Assembly (NCBI GenBank): GCA_000002435.2
Contig: CM018793.1
Reading direction: 5' to 3' (one strand)
DNA length: 64,000 nucleotides
Source: Giardia intestinalis
Lineage: Eukaryota
Below, one piece after another: positions 46,555 to 56,625 of this stretch. Every line of letters starts with the position of its first letter. The stretch's first letter is position 1. The notes under the pieces were generated by a model. It was not told where the DNA came from. It did not search any database and was given only the letters and a program-made list of their open reading frames with translations. The translations under genes were made by a program, and so were the position numbers.

Positions 46555-49281
46555 TTACGGACGAACACGGCGCTTCAGTTGAGCAGGAGCTCGCTTTGGC
46601 TTGGAAATCGCGACTGGACAATCATCTTCTGTAAGGACCTCGTTGCTACTAGTCACACAACTATTTTCAGAAGACTCTAATGTAAGGTTGCCTCGAGTAG
46701 AGTAAGACGGCACTTGATAGCAACTCTTAAAAAGCTCAGCATGTGCAATAAAATTGGTCAGTATCTTATTACGTTCCAAATAAGTAGGAGGATCTTTTTC
46801 GCAAATAATTTCAAAGAGGTCAACCGGTTGGATAATGGATAAAATGTGCAACATAATCAAGCGCTCGTATCGATAAAATGCAGGGTCGAATACCAATCGC
46901 GGGTCATCATAGTCTTCTGGCAAGTCTGGCAGTAGTTCTTCTTTAAAGTTGCAAGACATCATGTAACATAGTTCTTCGATGTACTCATAAAACCTTCCAA
47001 ATAAGAAGCCTCCTGCGCGAGAATATATGGTCAGCTGCTCAGAAATAGCATCCAGAGAGGGTGGAGCGGCACTGCATACACTTGTAAGGTGTGCGCTTTC
47101 AAGAGGATTAATAGAGGCGAGACTTACATCCAGCTGCACAAAATCAGACGTCCAATTCTTGACCCTATAATAGTGTCCATCGTGCTTCACCATTTGCTGG
47201 ATGAACTCCTTGGACAGACAAGCCTTAAATACGCTATCAAATATAGGATGGGTCATCATCCGCAACGGGTTGTTAGTTGCCGATATGGTGTTGGTAGGAA
47301 CGGGCACCAATTCAAGCTTACTCAGTACGTGAGACACTTGCTGTGACGCTTCGGGAAAGTCATAGGGGGATAGGGTGATAGGACTTGTTATGCTCACGGT
47401 AAGCATATCTGAAAATTCAGAGCTTCTATATGCAATCAGTTGAGTAAGTGAAGTTGTGAGATAGTCGTACTTGGGACGGTTATCCAAAAACGTAGACGGG
47501 TGCCGAAGAAATAGAGAAACATCAAATAAACTCACAGAGCGGAGTGCAAAAATAAAAAACTGATCATCAGCAATCTGCTTGGGGGTCACAATATTGTCAC
47601 ACAAAAAATCCGCGCGTATAAAGCGGGACATGTCTGAACAGTTATCAAAGTCTACAGGCAGTCGAGCTGCTCTGTTCTTAGTTTCGATGCTCAATAGAAT
47701 GTCTTCAGTGGTTGTATCATTGAAGTAGTCATGAAAGTTATTAAGGAGTTGGGCTTCAATAGGAATAAATTGAATGGATGCATACCTAGCCAATAACATA
47801 GTGTATGCGTGGTTTTTGGGATAAAGCAATCTTGTGAAATCAATAGTCTGTAAATGAGCAGTATCATGAGTATTATTCGTAATAAAAAATCTTTTAAGAA
47901 GAAGATATTTTCCGAGCAGATTTGCATAGTTGATATGCAAAGATATGAAAGCGTTATTATCATGCGCCTCTTCGCTGTCCTCAAGCACCTGGGGGAAAGT
48001 GTCAGTGTCGAAACTATACTTTGTAGAATGGCACCTATTTTTAACAATTCTAGTGTACAGATTTTCAAAATCACATCTTACATATGTGGGCGTCTTTGAA
48101 AAGAGATCGGCAAATTCTGATTCGAGAGCCTTGATCTTCGTTGTTAAGGTTGCTATTTGCAAATGATAGTTGTCTCTAAGGGTTTTAAAATAGATCTTTT
48201 TATAAAGATTTCCTGCAACTTTATAAATGCGAGACATCTTAAATCCGCGGAAGTCTTGCTTAAAGTAATGCTTAGCAAGATACTCTACATCATTGAGTTG
48301 GGATTTTCTAAAGTCGATTAACTTCTGAGTTGCTTCGTCTACAAATTCATACTTCTTATTCTCAGTGTTCACCAAACGTTTAATTGCTGGCCTCCGGACG
48401 CCAACTCCGCTAGTATTAGACTTCTTAGTTAGCCGCTGAGTCACCTTACGGGGTTTTCTTTGGGGCGGCGGAGTCTGCACGTCTGTCAACTGACTCTTTT
48501 GGCTGCTCTTCTGCTGGCTTTGATCAGTGTCGAGGCTCGGAAGACTACTCCTGCCAGTTTCTGTATCCGAGGATATCTGTGAGGGTCGAAATTCATCAGA
48601 AGAAGACACGCTCGGCTCTGAAATGGCACTGCTAGTGTCAGAGGTGATAGCATGGTTGAGGTTTCGGGAAGGTGCATGCTTCTCATTCAGTGATTCTCTG
48701 CTAGGTGCCATTGCAGGTCGTATTTTTTGCTCTTTACCCTTGTCTGATTTAAGCACTGATTCCAGCTGATCCTTCTTGGTGAACGGGGGGCGTTCCTGCA
48801 GTGAAGCATCACCTGGCTCTAACTTAACTCTTCTACGTGCGCCCTCCGGCTTCTTCCTCACTAGAGCAGGAGGATGGAGCGTTTCAGAGCTGTTTATAAG
48901 CTCTATCAGTGTGTTGAATAAGGTTCTGCATTGAGACTCATCGTACTGACGAGCCCGAGAGAGCTTCCGACGACAAGCAGGGCAGTGGTACTTGAACAAA
49001 GCCAACTTTCCCACGTGGCTTACAGTGACATTCTCCATGGATCGGCGAGTCTCAGGATCCTTACTGATTCTAAATTCGAGCGCCCTAGTGGACGCGAGAC
49101 TTGCAAGGCGTGGATGTCCCTTAAGGTCAGTACAGCCTAGGTGACAATACCTGTGACACATCACGCACATAACATTTTCTGGAGCATCCTCCAAAGCTTT
49201 TTTGCACAGAAAGCAGACGCCTTCATCATACACCTCGGACTCCTCAGTGGTAGATCCGCTTTCTAGGTTCCCTCTCGGCAT
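46555..49281 (-). CDS. PHD-type zinc-finger protein, large hypothetical (908 aa)
   Basis: N-terminal C4HC3-like cluster CFLCKK..x11..CVMCHRYCHLGC .. YHCPAC. The remainder has no recognised domain. Confidence 0.65.
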   Translation of the reverse strand: MPRGNLESGSTTEESEVYDEGVCFLCKKALEDAPENVMCVMCHRYCHLGCTDLKGHPRLASLASTRALEFRISKDPETRRSMENVTVSHVGKLALFKYHCPACRRKLSRARQYDESQCRTLFNTLIELINSSETLHPPALVRKKPEGARRRVKLEPGDASLQERPPFTKKDQLESVLKSDKGKEQKIRPAMAPSRESLNEKHAPSRNLNHAITSDTSSAISEPSVSSSDEFRPSQISSDTETGRSSLPSLDTDQSQQKSSQKSQLTDVQTPPPQRKPRKVTQRLTKKSNTSGVGVRRPAIKRLVNTENKKYEFVDEATQKLIDFRKSQLNDVEYLAKHYFKQDFRGFKMSRIYKVAGNLYKKIYFKTLRDNYHLQIATLTTKIKALESEFADLFSKTPTYVRCDFENLYTRIVKNRCHSTKYSFDTDTFPQVLEDSEEAHDNNAFISLHINYANLLGKYLLLKRFFITNNTHDTAHLQTIDFTRLLYPKNHAYTMLLARYASIQFIPIEAQLLNNFHDYFNDTTTEDILLSIETKNRAARLPVDFDNCSDMSRFIRADFLCDNIVTPKQIADDQFFIFALRSVSLFDVSLFLRHPSTFLDNRPKYDYLTTSLTQLIAYRSSEFSDMLTVSITSPITLSPYDFPEASQQVSHVLSKLELVPVPTNTISATNNPLRMMTHPIFDSVFKACLSKEFIQQMVKHDGHYYRVKNWTSDFVQLDVSLASINPLESAHLTSVCSAAPPSLDAISEQLTIYSRAGGFLFGRFYEYIEELCYMMSCNFKEELLPDLPEDYDDPRLVFDPAFYRYERLIMLHILSIIQPVDLFEIICEKDPPTYLERNKILTNFIAHAELFKSCYQVPSYSTRGNLTLESSENSCVTSSNEVLTEDDCPVAISKPKRAPAQLKRRVRP

Positions 49282-49450
49282 TTCGGAGACTTATTATCAC
49301 GTCCCAAATGTTGATTGTAAAGAACCGTAAAGTCTACTCCTGTAGAGGATATCAGGAGTAGCTCGTCTACAAACATCCGCAGCACATGGGCATCTGTGAG
49401 GGCTGACTAGAGCTAGATAGAAATTCCCAAGGATTTTTTTGATTTGCTCG

Positions 49451-50143
49451 ATGGAGGCAGACTTGCAGCGTACGCGACTGGTTATCTTCGATTTAGATGG
49501 GACCCTGAGTGACACGTTGGAGAGCATTGGGAAGGCTGTCAATGATACTATGGTGCACTGTGGCATGGATCCGCACCCTCTTGATTCTATCCGAACGTTT
49601 ATTGGCAGCGGCATGATGGTTCTCTTTAAGCGTGCAGCCCCCGGTGTATCTGAGCAGATGCTACAAGATATGTGCACGTTTTATCAAGAAAGAGTCACAC
49701 TTTACGCCAAAGAAGACAGGCTCTACGATGGTATCGAAGAACTTTTAGAAGGTCTTCATAAGAGAGGCACCAAGCTGGCAATTGTCTCGAATAAGCCGCA
49801 GGTAAGTATGGAATCGTGTTTACGGTCCCTTTTCAGAAACCGGCCTGAAATGCGTGAATGGTTTTGCGCTGTGTACGGGCTGTCAGATCTTTCTTTAGCA
49901 AAGCCGAATCCTACGTTCACCCGGCGTGTTCTTGAAGATGAGGGTGTTCATCCGGAAGATGCTATCTACGTTGGAGACAGTATTGTCGACGTTCAAACCG
50001 CTCAGGCTGCGGGACTGCGGTGCATCGGCTGCGCCTGGGGCCTGGGAGAACGAGCAGACGTGGAGAAGGCAGATATGGTGGCTGAGACTACGTTCGATTT
50101 ACTCCACATGCTGTTAGGAGATGCAAGGGCCTCGGGTCTGTAA
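49451..50143 (+). CDS. HAD-superfamily hydrolase, subfamily IA (phosphoglycolate phosphatase-like)
   Basis: Motif I VIFDLDGTLSD, motif II IVSNK, motif III/IV K..P....YVGDSIVDVQTAQAAG. The ORF-track start at 49439 is TTG. The first ATG is at 49451 (MEADLQ). Confidence 0.8.
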   Translation: MEADLQRTRLVIFDLDGTLSDTLESIGKAVNDTMVHCGMDPHPLDSIRTFIGSGMMVLFKRAAPGVSEQMLQDMCTFYQERVTLYAKEDRLYDGIEELLEGLHKRGTKLAIVSNKPQVSMESCLRSLFRNRPEMREWFCAVYGLSDLSLAKPNPTFTRRVLEDEGVHPEDAIYVGDSIVDVQTAQAAGLRCIGCAWGLGERADVEKADMVAETTFDLLHMLLGDARASGL

Positions 50144-50155
50144 ACCTGGACAACA

Positions 50156-51148
50156 TCAAACATTCTTAGAGTCGGCCATGGACAAAATCAGGTTTGTTCG
50201 CTCGCCGGTCTCAAGGAGCATTTCAGCATCGGTGAGTCTAGCCTTATAATCCTCTAGCTCGCAAGTCAGATGATCCAGCTCTGACTTGCCCCTGGTAAGA
50301 GCCTCCTCTAGCTGCGTGATCCTTGCACGCATTGCAGCACTCTCCGCAATCACAAGGTCAGCATGGCTGTTTGCGGCATTGAGCATGTCACTATACTTCT
50401 CTAACTTCCTCTCAAGCTCACACTCGTAGCTAGTCTTCATCACCTTGGTCGCCTCAGATCCGAAGTTCTCCATCCCCTTACGAGAAATGTCGATGGCCTT
50501 GATCATGGCACAGATGTCGTACGACTGAGCAACCCCCTGGCTTTGGGCAAGGCTAAGATTCGTGAGAGACTGAGAAACCGTCTCATCGTCGTCCTTCGCA
50601 AACTGGGCCAAGACAGCAGCAACCTCGGCGTGGCCATTCTCAGCAGCGTACTTCAGGGGAGAGCCCGGTCCCATATCCTCGTGACTCTCGCGGGACATCA
50701 GAAACTTGACGCAGTCTAAGTTTCCGCGCTCCGCTGCGTAGGACAGCGCGTTCCTGTTAATCTTGGAGTATTTGTCCTTGAGATACGGCGACAGCACCAT
50801 GACGGCCTCATACGACCCAGACATGGCTGCTATCATGAGGGCGGTGAAATCGTCGCTGCCCCCGGTGAGGTCACCCTCGAAGTGAACGAGGCGGCGGCAA
50901 AGCTTGGATTTGTTGAGCTCGGCAGCGATCATGAGGGCAGTGTAGCCCCTGGCGTCCCGCTTACCGTACTCATTCTGAACAAGAATACGCGCCATGTCGT
51001 CGTCATTCATAATGACAGCCCTCATAAGGCCCGTATGTCCCTCTTCGTTGACACTCCCAGCGTATTGCTCAAGGTTGGCACGCACGTGGTCGTACTCACG
51101 CTTCTCGATGGCCGAGAACCAGGAGTTCTTGCCCTTAAGTTCTAGCAT
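50156..51148 (-). CDS. ankyrin-repeat protein (Giardia Protein 21.1-like) with C-terminal coiled coil
   Basis: Repeated GHTGLMRAV / GYTALMIAA / FTALMIAA / ALSYAAERGNLDCVKFL / PLKYAAENGHAEVAAVL ankyrin cores, followed by a heptad-rich C-terminus. Confidence 0.75.
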   Translation of the reverse strand: MLELKGKNSWFSAIEKREYDHVRANLEQYAGSVNEEGHTGLMRAVIMNDDDMARILVQNEYGKRDARGYTALMIAAELNKSKLCRRLVHFEGDLTGGSDDFTALMIAAMSGSYEAVMVLSPYLKDKYSKINRNALSYAAERGNLDCVKFLMSRESHEDMGPGSPLKYAAENGHAEVAAVLAQFAKDDDETVSQSLTNLSLAQSQGVAQSYDICAMIKAIDISRKGMENFGSEATKVMKTSYECELERKLEKYSDMLNAANSHADLVIAESAAMRARITQLEEALTRGKSELDHLTCELEDYKARLTDAEMLLETGERTNLILSMADSKNV

Positions 51149-51362
51149 AGCTTTTTAAGTTAATGTGTTTTATTTTTTTAACTTTTTTTGAATTTCTTAT
51201 GTATTCTTGTATGACCGAAGGATTCGTGGACACGGCTGAGCGGGCCTAGGCGTCTCTCTACTATAGAACCTGTCCACCGCAATGATAGTCCTTAGCCAAA
51301 ATTGCCAAGACCCATACAGCTTCGAAAATTGCAATTAATTCTTGGCAATTGTCGCCCGACCG

Positions 51363-52313
51363 ATGCAAGGCTTTGAGTTGACCAAGCAGCACGGTCAGCA
51401 CTTACTGGCTAATCCGTTGGTCATAAAGTCCATTGTGGAGAAAGCAGAGATTCGAAGCACTGACACTGTTCTTGAGATAGGCCCAGGAACAGGAAACCTC
51501 ACTCTGGCCCTTCTTGAGAAGGCAAGGCACGTAATAGCCATTGAGATAGACCCACGGATGGTCTCAGAACTCAAGAAGCGGATCGCAGCTATCCCGGAAT
51601 ATCGTGGAAAATTCACTATCATACACAAGGACTTCACTAAGATGCCGCCGAGTGAGATTCCCCCTTTTGACTTGTGCGTTAGTAACTGCCCGTACAACAT
51701 CTCGTCAGGAATAGTGTTTCGATTACTCGAGATCCAACCCCTCCCTCGAAAGTTCGTCCTGATGTTTCAGCTCGAGTTTGCGCAGCGCCTTGCTGCTGAG
51801 CCTGGTCAGGATCAGTACAGCAGATTGACAGTTAACACTAAGTTACTCTCTAAGACTAAAATTATAATACGGGTGAGTAGGAATAGCTTTAAGCCACCGC
51901 CAAATGTTGACTCAGCTGTTGTAGAGATGTATCCTGTTGGCCCTCCGCCTGGGCTGGACCTAGATGAGTTTAATGGGTTAACCCGGATTTTGTTTTCAAA
52001 GAAGAACAAAACGCTCGGGGCCATATTTAAGACTAAGAGCCTCCTAGATGATCTTGCAAATAATATAGCGCGATTGGATGAGATCAGCCGGCTCCATAAG
52101 CCTGCTCAGCACGAGGGCTCTAACCCTAGCCATTCAGCTTCCTCAATTGGAGCTAAGCCCTCAGTATTGACCGGCGTACAGCTTCGTGAACGAATAGCAG
52201 AGGCCCTTGCAGAGGCCAATCTTACAGATACCCGGCCAAATCACATGGCAATCCCCGATCTGTTGAGCCTCATGTGTGCACTCGCTGCCAAGGGGGTTCG
52301 ATTTACAAACTGA
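51363..52313 (+). CDS. DIM1: 18S rRNA (adenine1779-N6/adenine1780-N6)-dimethyltransferase Dim1/KsgA
   Basis: GQHLLANPLVIKSIVEKAEIRSTDTVLEIGPGTGNLT (SAM motif), IAIEIDPRMV, and catalytic NCPYNISS (N-L/C-PY). The ORF-track start at 51342 is TTG. The first ATG is at 51363 (MQGFEL). Confidence 0.9.
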   Translation: MQGFELTKQHGQHLLANPLVIKSIVEKAEIRSTDTVLEIGPGTGNLTLALLEKARHVIAIEIDPRMVSELKKRIAAIPEYRGKFTIIHKDFTKMPPSEIPPFDLCVSNCPYNISSGIVFRLLEIQPLPRKFVLMFQLEFAQRLAAEPGQDQYSRLTVNTKLLSKTKIIIRVSRNSFKPPPNVDSAVVEMYPVGPPPGLDLDEFNGLTRILFSKKNKTLGAIFKTKSLLDDLANNIARLDEISRLHKPAQHEGSNPSHSASSIGAKPSVLTGVQLRERIAEALAEANLTDTRPNHMAIPDLLSLMCALAAKGVRFTN

Positions 52314-52403
52314 GAGCGTCTAAGTCTGTAGATAAGGAGTAAATGTCGTCTTCTAACGTCATTTTTATCTTAAAAACAACTCATAATTCACTGCCCTCCG
52401 CTG

Positions 52404-54116
52404 ATGCTTTGGACTCTCCTCCCTGTCCTGCTGCCTGGTGCAGTCTGGGCCGTGCAAGCTGCAACTGATGATCCCGCTGCGCGGGCATCTGCTGCGTTTA
52501 AGGAGGGCCGGTATCGTGACGCGTCTGACCTGTATACAAATCTTATTGACGCGGCACAACGCCCACCTGCCGCGTATTATTTTCTTCGTGCCGCATCTTA
52601 TGAGGCCCAGCGCGAGATAGCTAGGGCAGTTGACGACTATCACAAGGTACTCGTGTTGTCGCAAAAACAGGATGTCAAGGCTTATGCTGAGAAGGCCAAG
52701 CTTAAAATGGGACGTCTCTGCTTAACAGGGTGCAGTCTCCAGTGCTCAAAGAAGTACTCCCTGGCCCTGCTGGATTCAGCTACGCGCACAGCTATAGCCA
52801 AAACGGATGAACAGTATCGGCGGGCACCGAGCATGACACTCGCAAAGCTGTCTGAGTTGGCAGAGACATGCTCAGCAGATCCTGAGCTAAGTAAGATCAT
52901 ATTAGTTTCTCAGTTTCGCGCCGGAGCAGACATCAGTGACATAAAGAAGACCATAGAGCGCCTGGTTAAAACGACAACAGCTGCCCCATTCACCCTGCGC
53001 TCTGTGCTTGAGATCTATGAGATAGTCTATTTGCTTCAGGAGGGCAACTTCTCCAGTGTGACAAAACGCGCCAAAGCAGCGTTACAGATGGATCCTGATG
53101 ATCAGTTTCTGGGGTCAGCCTACAAGATTGCCAGAGCCCTTTCAGAGGGTGTTGCTAGCTTTAGCAACGCAACCCCGCTGTCTCACAAGCCCAATCGGAC
53201 CGTCATTGCGAAGATCTTTGGGGATGTTGACAAGGCAGTCGGTCAGATAGATAAGTTCTTTGCCAAGGCAGAAAGCAGTGCGGCCTTCCTTCTAAAAGAT
53301 GCCTTCAAGACAAGTTTCAGACCAACCTTATCAGGTGCAAAGACCCAGCTTATGGGTGCGCTGAACAACTTCCGCTGTATATCTGATCTATACTTCCAGA
53401 AGTATACAGAGGAGTATTGCAGCTTTAGTGATGCCATGCTCGTCGACACTAGCAAAGATCTGCGAATTTCGTCTTTTAACAAGCACCTCTTAGCGCTCAT
53501 ATACGCTCTCCGCTCGAACATCCTGTTGGTATCTATAAATAACAAATATAGTAGGGGCCAGGACATAGAAGACGATGTGAATCTGGCCGAGAAAATTATT
53601 AACTATGCACACACTCTGGCCATCGAGGCCAATAGCCCCACTCAAGGCGACATTGAGACAATCAGCGACCAAGTCTTTACATATGTGCGCAAGGTCATTG
53701 TTCCTGACTTTTATAAGGTCCTGGGAGTGTCCCGCTCAACTCCGATAGCAGAGATCAAAAGGAAATATTATCGCCTTGCAAAGGAATATCATCCCGACTA
53801 CACTCCAGCTGATGCGACAGAGGAGGAGAAGGCTGTACGGCAGCGAAAGTTCCAACGAATTGCAGAAGCTTGGTCTGTTCTTAGCGACGAGACTAAGCGG
53901 AAGGAGTATGATTCTGGCCAATATCGCCGTGAGGAGTTGGAGAGCCGCGAACAGGCGCACCAGAGACGCAAGATGGGCAAAGCAAACCAGGGCCAGCAGC
54001 AGGAAACCTTCCACTTCCACACCGGAGGTGACGGGAACCAACACTTTTTCCGGTTCAATGGCGATGATCATCAGTTTTTCCGGTTCATGAATGGACAACA
54101 ATTCTTCCGCATGTGA
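52404..54116 (+). CDS. DnaJ subfamily C member 3-like co-chaperone (P58IPK/ERdj6-like: signal peptide, TPR repeats, C-terminal J domain)
   Basis: N-terminal signal peptide MLWTLLPVLLPGAVWAVQA. TPR-like helical repeats. C-terminal J domain DFYKVLGVSRSTPIAEIKRKYYRLAKEYHPDYT..AEAWSVLSDETKRKEYD with an HPD motif. Confidence 0.8.
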   Translation: MLWTLLPVLLPGAVWAVQAATDDPAARASAAFKEGRYRDASDLYTNLIDAAQRPPAAYYFLRAASYEAQREIARAVDDYHKVLVLSQKQDVKAYAEKAKLKMGRLCLTGCSLQCSKKYSLALLDSATRTAIAKTDEQYRRAPSMTLAKLSELAETCSADPELSKIILVSQFRAGADISDIKKTIERLVKTTTAAPFTLRSVLEIYEIVYLLQEGNFSSVTKRAKAALQMDPDDQFLGSAYKIARALSEGVASFSNATPLSHKPNRTVIAKIFGDVDKAVGQIDKFFAKAESSAAFLLKDAFKTSFRPTLSGAKTQLMGALNNFRCISDLYFQKYTEEYCSFSDAMLVDTSKDLRISSFNKHLLALIYALRSNILLVSINNKYSRGQDIEDDVNLAEKIINYAHTLAIEANSPTQGDIETISDQVFTYVRKVIVPDFYKVLGVSRSTPIAEIKRKYYRLAKEYHPDYTPADATEEEKAVRQRKFQRIAEAWSVLSDETKRKEYDSGQYRREELESREQAHQRRKMGKANQGQQQETFHFHTGGDGNQHFFRFNGDDHQFFRFMNGQQFFRM

Positions 54117-54223
54117 TGCGTCTTCTTTGGCCTGCGATGACCTTTTTTGGCCGCGGCGAGCTTTGTACATATTTAAGTAAATAGACAATTGAAAATAACA
54201 GAACCAATTAATTTTCACAAAAG

Positions 54224-55381
54224 ATGCCCCTAGCGGATCGCTTTCTTAATGTGGCACTCTCGTCTGGCATGCTCACGACAGGGTCCATTAATACCATCTC
54301 AAAGAAGTTATTGTATCAAAGCACAGGCATAGGTATCGACGGGTCAACGGAACTGTTCGTCAAGCCGTGGTTTCAGACGTCTTCCATGTTTGCTGGGGAG
54401 TGCATGTCGCTACTTGCATATTATATAGTTCAGTGCGCACGGAAAAGAGGCCCTACGGGCAAGATATACATGGATCCGACGAACGGGATTGGATATCACC
54501 GCCTCTTGCCCAGAATTATGGCCCTAGCTCTATGTGATCTTTGTGCCACCACATTGACTGGGATTGCCTTAGTATATTGTTCCGCCTCGATAACTCAGAT
54601 TCTGCGCGGGTTTGTCATGGTCTTCGTGCTACTCTTTTCATATCTATTCCTCAAGCGAAAGCCGACCAAATGGCAGGTGGTTGGTGTTGTTTTTAGTGTA
54701 ATTGGTTTGCTATTCGTAGGACTTTCGGCCCTCTTAGGTGATCTCGAAAGTGGTAGCACACTGAGTATGCTGCTGGGAATTGGCCTTGCTCTTTCGGCTC
54801 AGGTCATCTCCGCTATCCAGTTCGTCCTCGAAGAAAAGTTTGTTAAAGGGAAGGACCTTTCGCCCCTTGTCCTGATAGGCTGGGAAGGTGTATTTGGTTT
54901 GTTCTTAACCGTGGGTGTAGCGTTTCCAATTGCCTGGGCCATTCCAGGCGATGATCACGGAAGCTACGAAAATTATCTTAATTCGTTTTACATGCTGCGG
55001 AATAATGTGCAGCTCATCGCCCTTGTTCTTCTTAACTTCATCTCTATCTCATTCTTTAACTTCTTCTCAATAACCATGAGCAAGAAGCTATCTGCCACAC
55101 ACAGAACTTTAATTGATGCAATGCGTACATCCATCGTTTGGATCTGCATGGTAGTTGTTTACTATTGTACATATAAGTCCAGCAATGTCTATGGGGAGCC
55201 ACTGAATGTTTATAGCATTTTCGAGCTCTTAGGTTTTGGCTTTATGATCCTCGGCACGGTGACACACAACGATGTCAAGGGATTTGGAAGGAAAGTTGTT
55301 TGTCATCGCGAGCTTATGGTCCCAGAAGAAAAGGAAAAAGTTGCTCGGAATGACTCGAGAGTCTCATCCGATGACTTGTAG
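54224..55381 (+). CDS. drug/metabolite-transporter superfamily membrane protein, SLC35F6-like
   Basis: ~10 TM helices. The N-terminal VKPWFQTSSMFAGE region and overall layout resemble SLC35F/nucleotide-sugar-transporter-like proteins. Family assignment is tentative. Confidence 0.55.
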   Translation: MPLADRFLNVALSSGMLTTGSINTISKKLLYQSTGIGIDGSTELFVKPWFQTSSMFAGECMSLLAYYIVQCARKRGPTGKIYMDPTNGIGYHRLLPRIMALALCDLCATTLTGIALVYCSASITQILRGFVMVFVLLFSYLFLKRKPTKWQVVGVVFSVIGLLFVGLSALLGDLESGSTLSMLLGIGLALSAQVISAIQFVLEEKFVKGKDLSPLVLIGWEGVFGLFLTVGVAFPIAWAIPGDDHGSYENYLNSFYMLRNNVQLIALVLLNFISISFFNFFSITMSKKLSATHRTLIDAMRTSIVWICMVVVYYCTYKSSNVYGEPLNVYSIFELLGFGFMILGTVTHNDVKGFGRKVVCHRELMVPEEKEKVARNDSRVSSDDL

Positions 55382-55543
55382 CGCGGTGCTGTCTTTGATG
55401 CCCTGCGGCAAGCAGCCGTGAGCTCCAATATTTTCATTAGTGTCTCATGAATCGTAAATTTACACTTTCTAATTCCTTTTTCGGTGGGATGAGATTGATA
55501 AGGCTGGGCTCCGTTGGAGTAGCGGGTTTCAAGTAATTAAAAA

Positions 55544-56536
55544 ATGGCAGACCAAGAGAATCTTTTCGACCCATCTGCATTTGAACCAAAGCGCCCCAAG
55601 AAGACCAAGCGTAAGGAGAACAAGACTGCAGAAGTTGATCTGACCAACTATACCGTAGAAAAGCACGGCAAGCTAGAGGTCTATATTCCCATCGATACCA
55701 ACTTGGAGCTGCCCCCAGAAGTAACTTTCGAGGCCACACGAAGGGCATCCGTCGCATATCAGACCAATCAAGCACAAGCTGCCGAGTCTCTTCTCAGGTT
55801 AGATAGAAAGGCCGACAAGGGTGCGGAGAAGCCTGTGGAGGAGACAGAGGCTCGAACTGCAACTAGTACAGCAAAGCAGTCATCGCCCGCGGATGACGCA
55901 AAGGCAAGTGGAGCAAGTGGGACAGTCGTGCCCGAGAGGAAGGACGGGGATGTTTTCGATAGTGCTGGAACCACGGTCAGACGCCGCAGAAGACGCGTGG
56001 CAGATACCACTGAGCTTGGTAAGCTATTTGAGAATTCGGCGAAGTCGGCAGATGACACTGGTCAGCCGAATCAGCCAACCGAAAGTTCATCCATCAAGGA
56101 GCTCACCTACGATGAGATGCTCACCATAATATTCACTATTCTCAACAAGAGAAGGGAGGACTCCGATAACGCACGCACCTTGAATGTGGACCTTAAGGTC
56201 GATTACCACGGCACCAAAAAGACTTTGTTCTACAACTTTGAGGAGATTTGCAGTCAGATGCACCGCTCTATGGACCATGTCGTTGCTTACCTTTCATCTG
56301 AGCTCAGGCAGCAGACGACGATTGATCACGATAACGTCCTTTCGTTTAAGGCTAGAATCTCAGCAACTCAGCTTCGAGGAGTTATCAGAACATACTTACG
56401 TGATTATGTGCAATGCAACGCGTGCCTCAGCTATAACACGCTCCTCTCTAGGGATGGGAGGATGTATCTAGTGCACTGTGAAGATTGTTCAGCTAGCCGT
56501 ACGGTCCCGGCTATATCCAAGTTCTCTGACGAGTAG
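55544..56536 (+). CDS. eIF2beta: eukaryotic translation initiation factor 2 beta subunit
   Basis: Basic N-terminus. C-terminal core LTYDEMLTIIFTILNKRRE..VDYHGTKKTLFYNFEEICSQMHRSMDHVVAYLSSEL..RTYLRDYVQCNACLSYNTLLSRDGRMYLVHCEDCSAS (eIF2beta/eIF5 C2-C2 zinc ribbon). Initiator aattaaaaaATG. Confidence 0.9.
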   Translation: MADQENLFDPSAFEPKRPKKTKRKENKTAEVDLTNYTVEKHGKLEVYIPIDTNLELPPEVTFEATRRASVAYQTNQAQAAESLLRLDRKADKGAEKPVEETEARTATSTAKQSSPADDAKASGASGTVVPERKDGDVFDSAGTTVRRRRRRVADTTELGKLFENSAKSADDTGQPNQPTESSSIKELTYDEMLTIIFTILNKRREDSDNARTLNVDLKVDYHGTKKTLFYNFEEICSQMHRSMDHVVAYLSSELRQQTTIDHDNVLSFKARISATQLRGVIRTYLRDYVQCNACLSYNTLLSRDGRMYLVHCEDCSASRTVPAISKFSDE

Positions 56537-56625
56537 CCTCACGGACGTCCAGTTAATCTTCTCCGTACCACCTGGGCCCCTTCGCCACGTACCCTTTAAA
56601 CTTCCTGGCGCTTGTTTACTTGTCT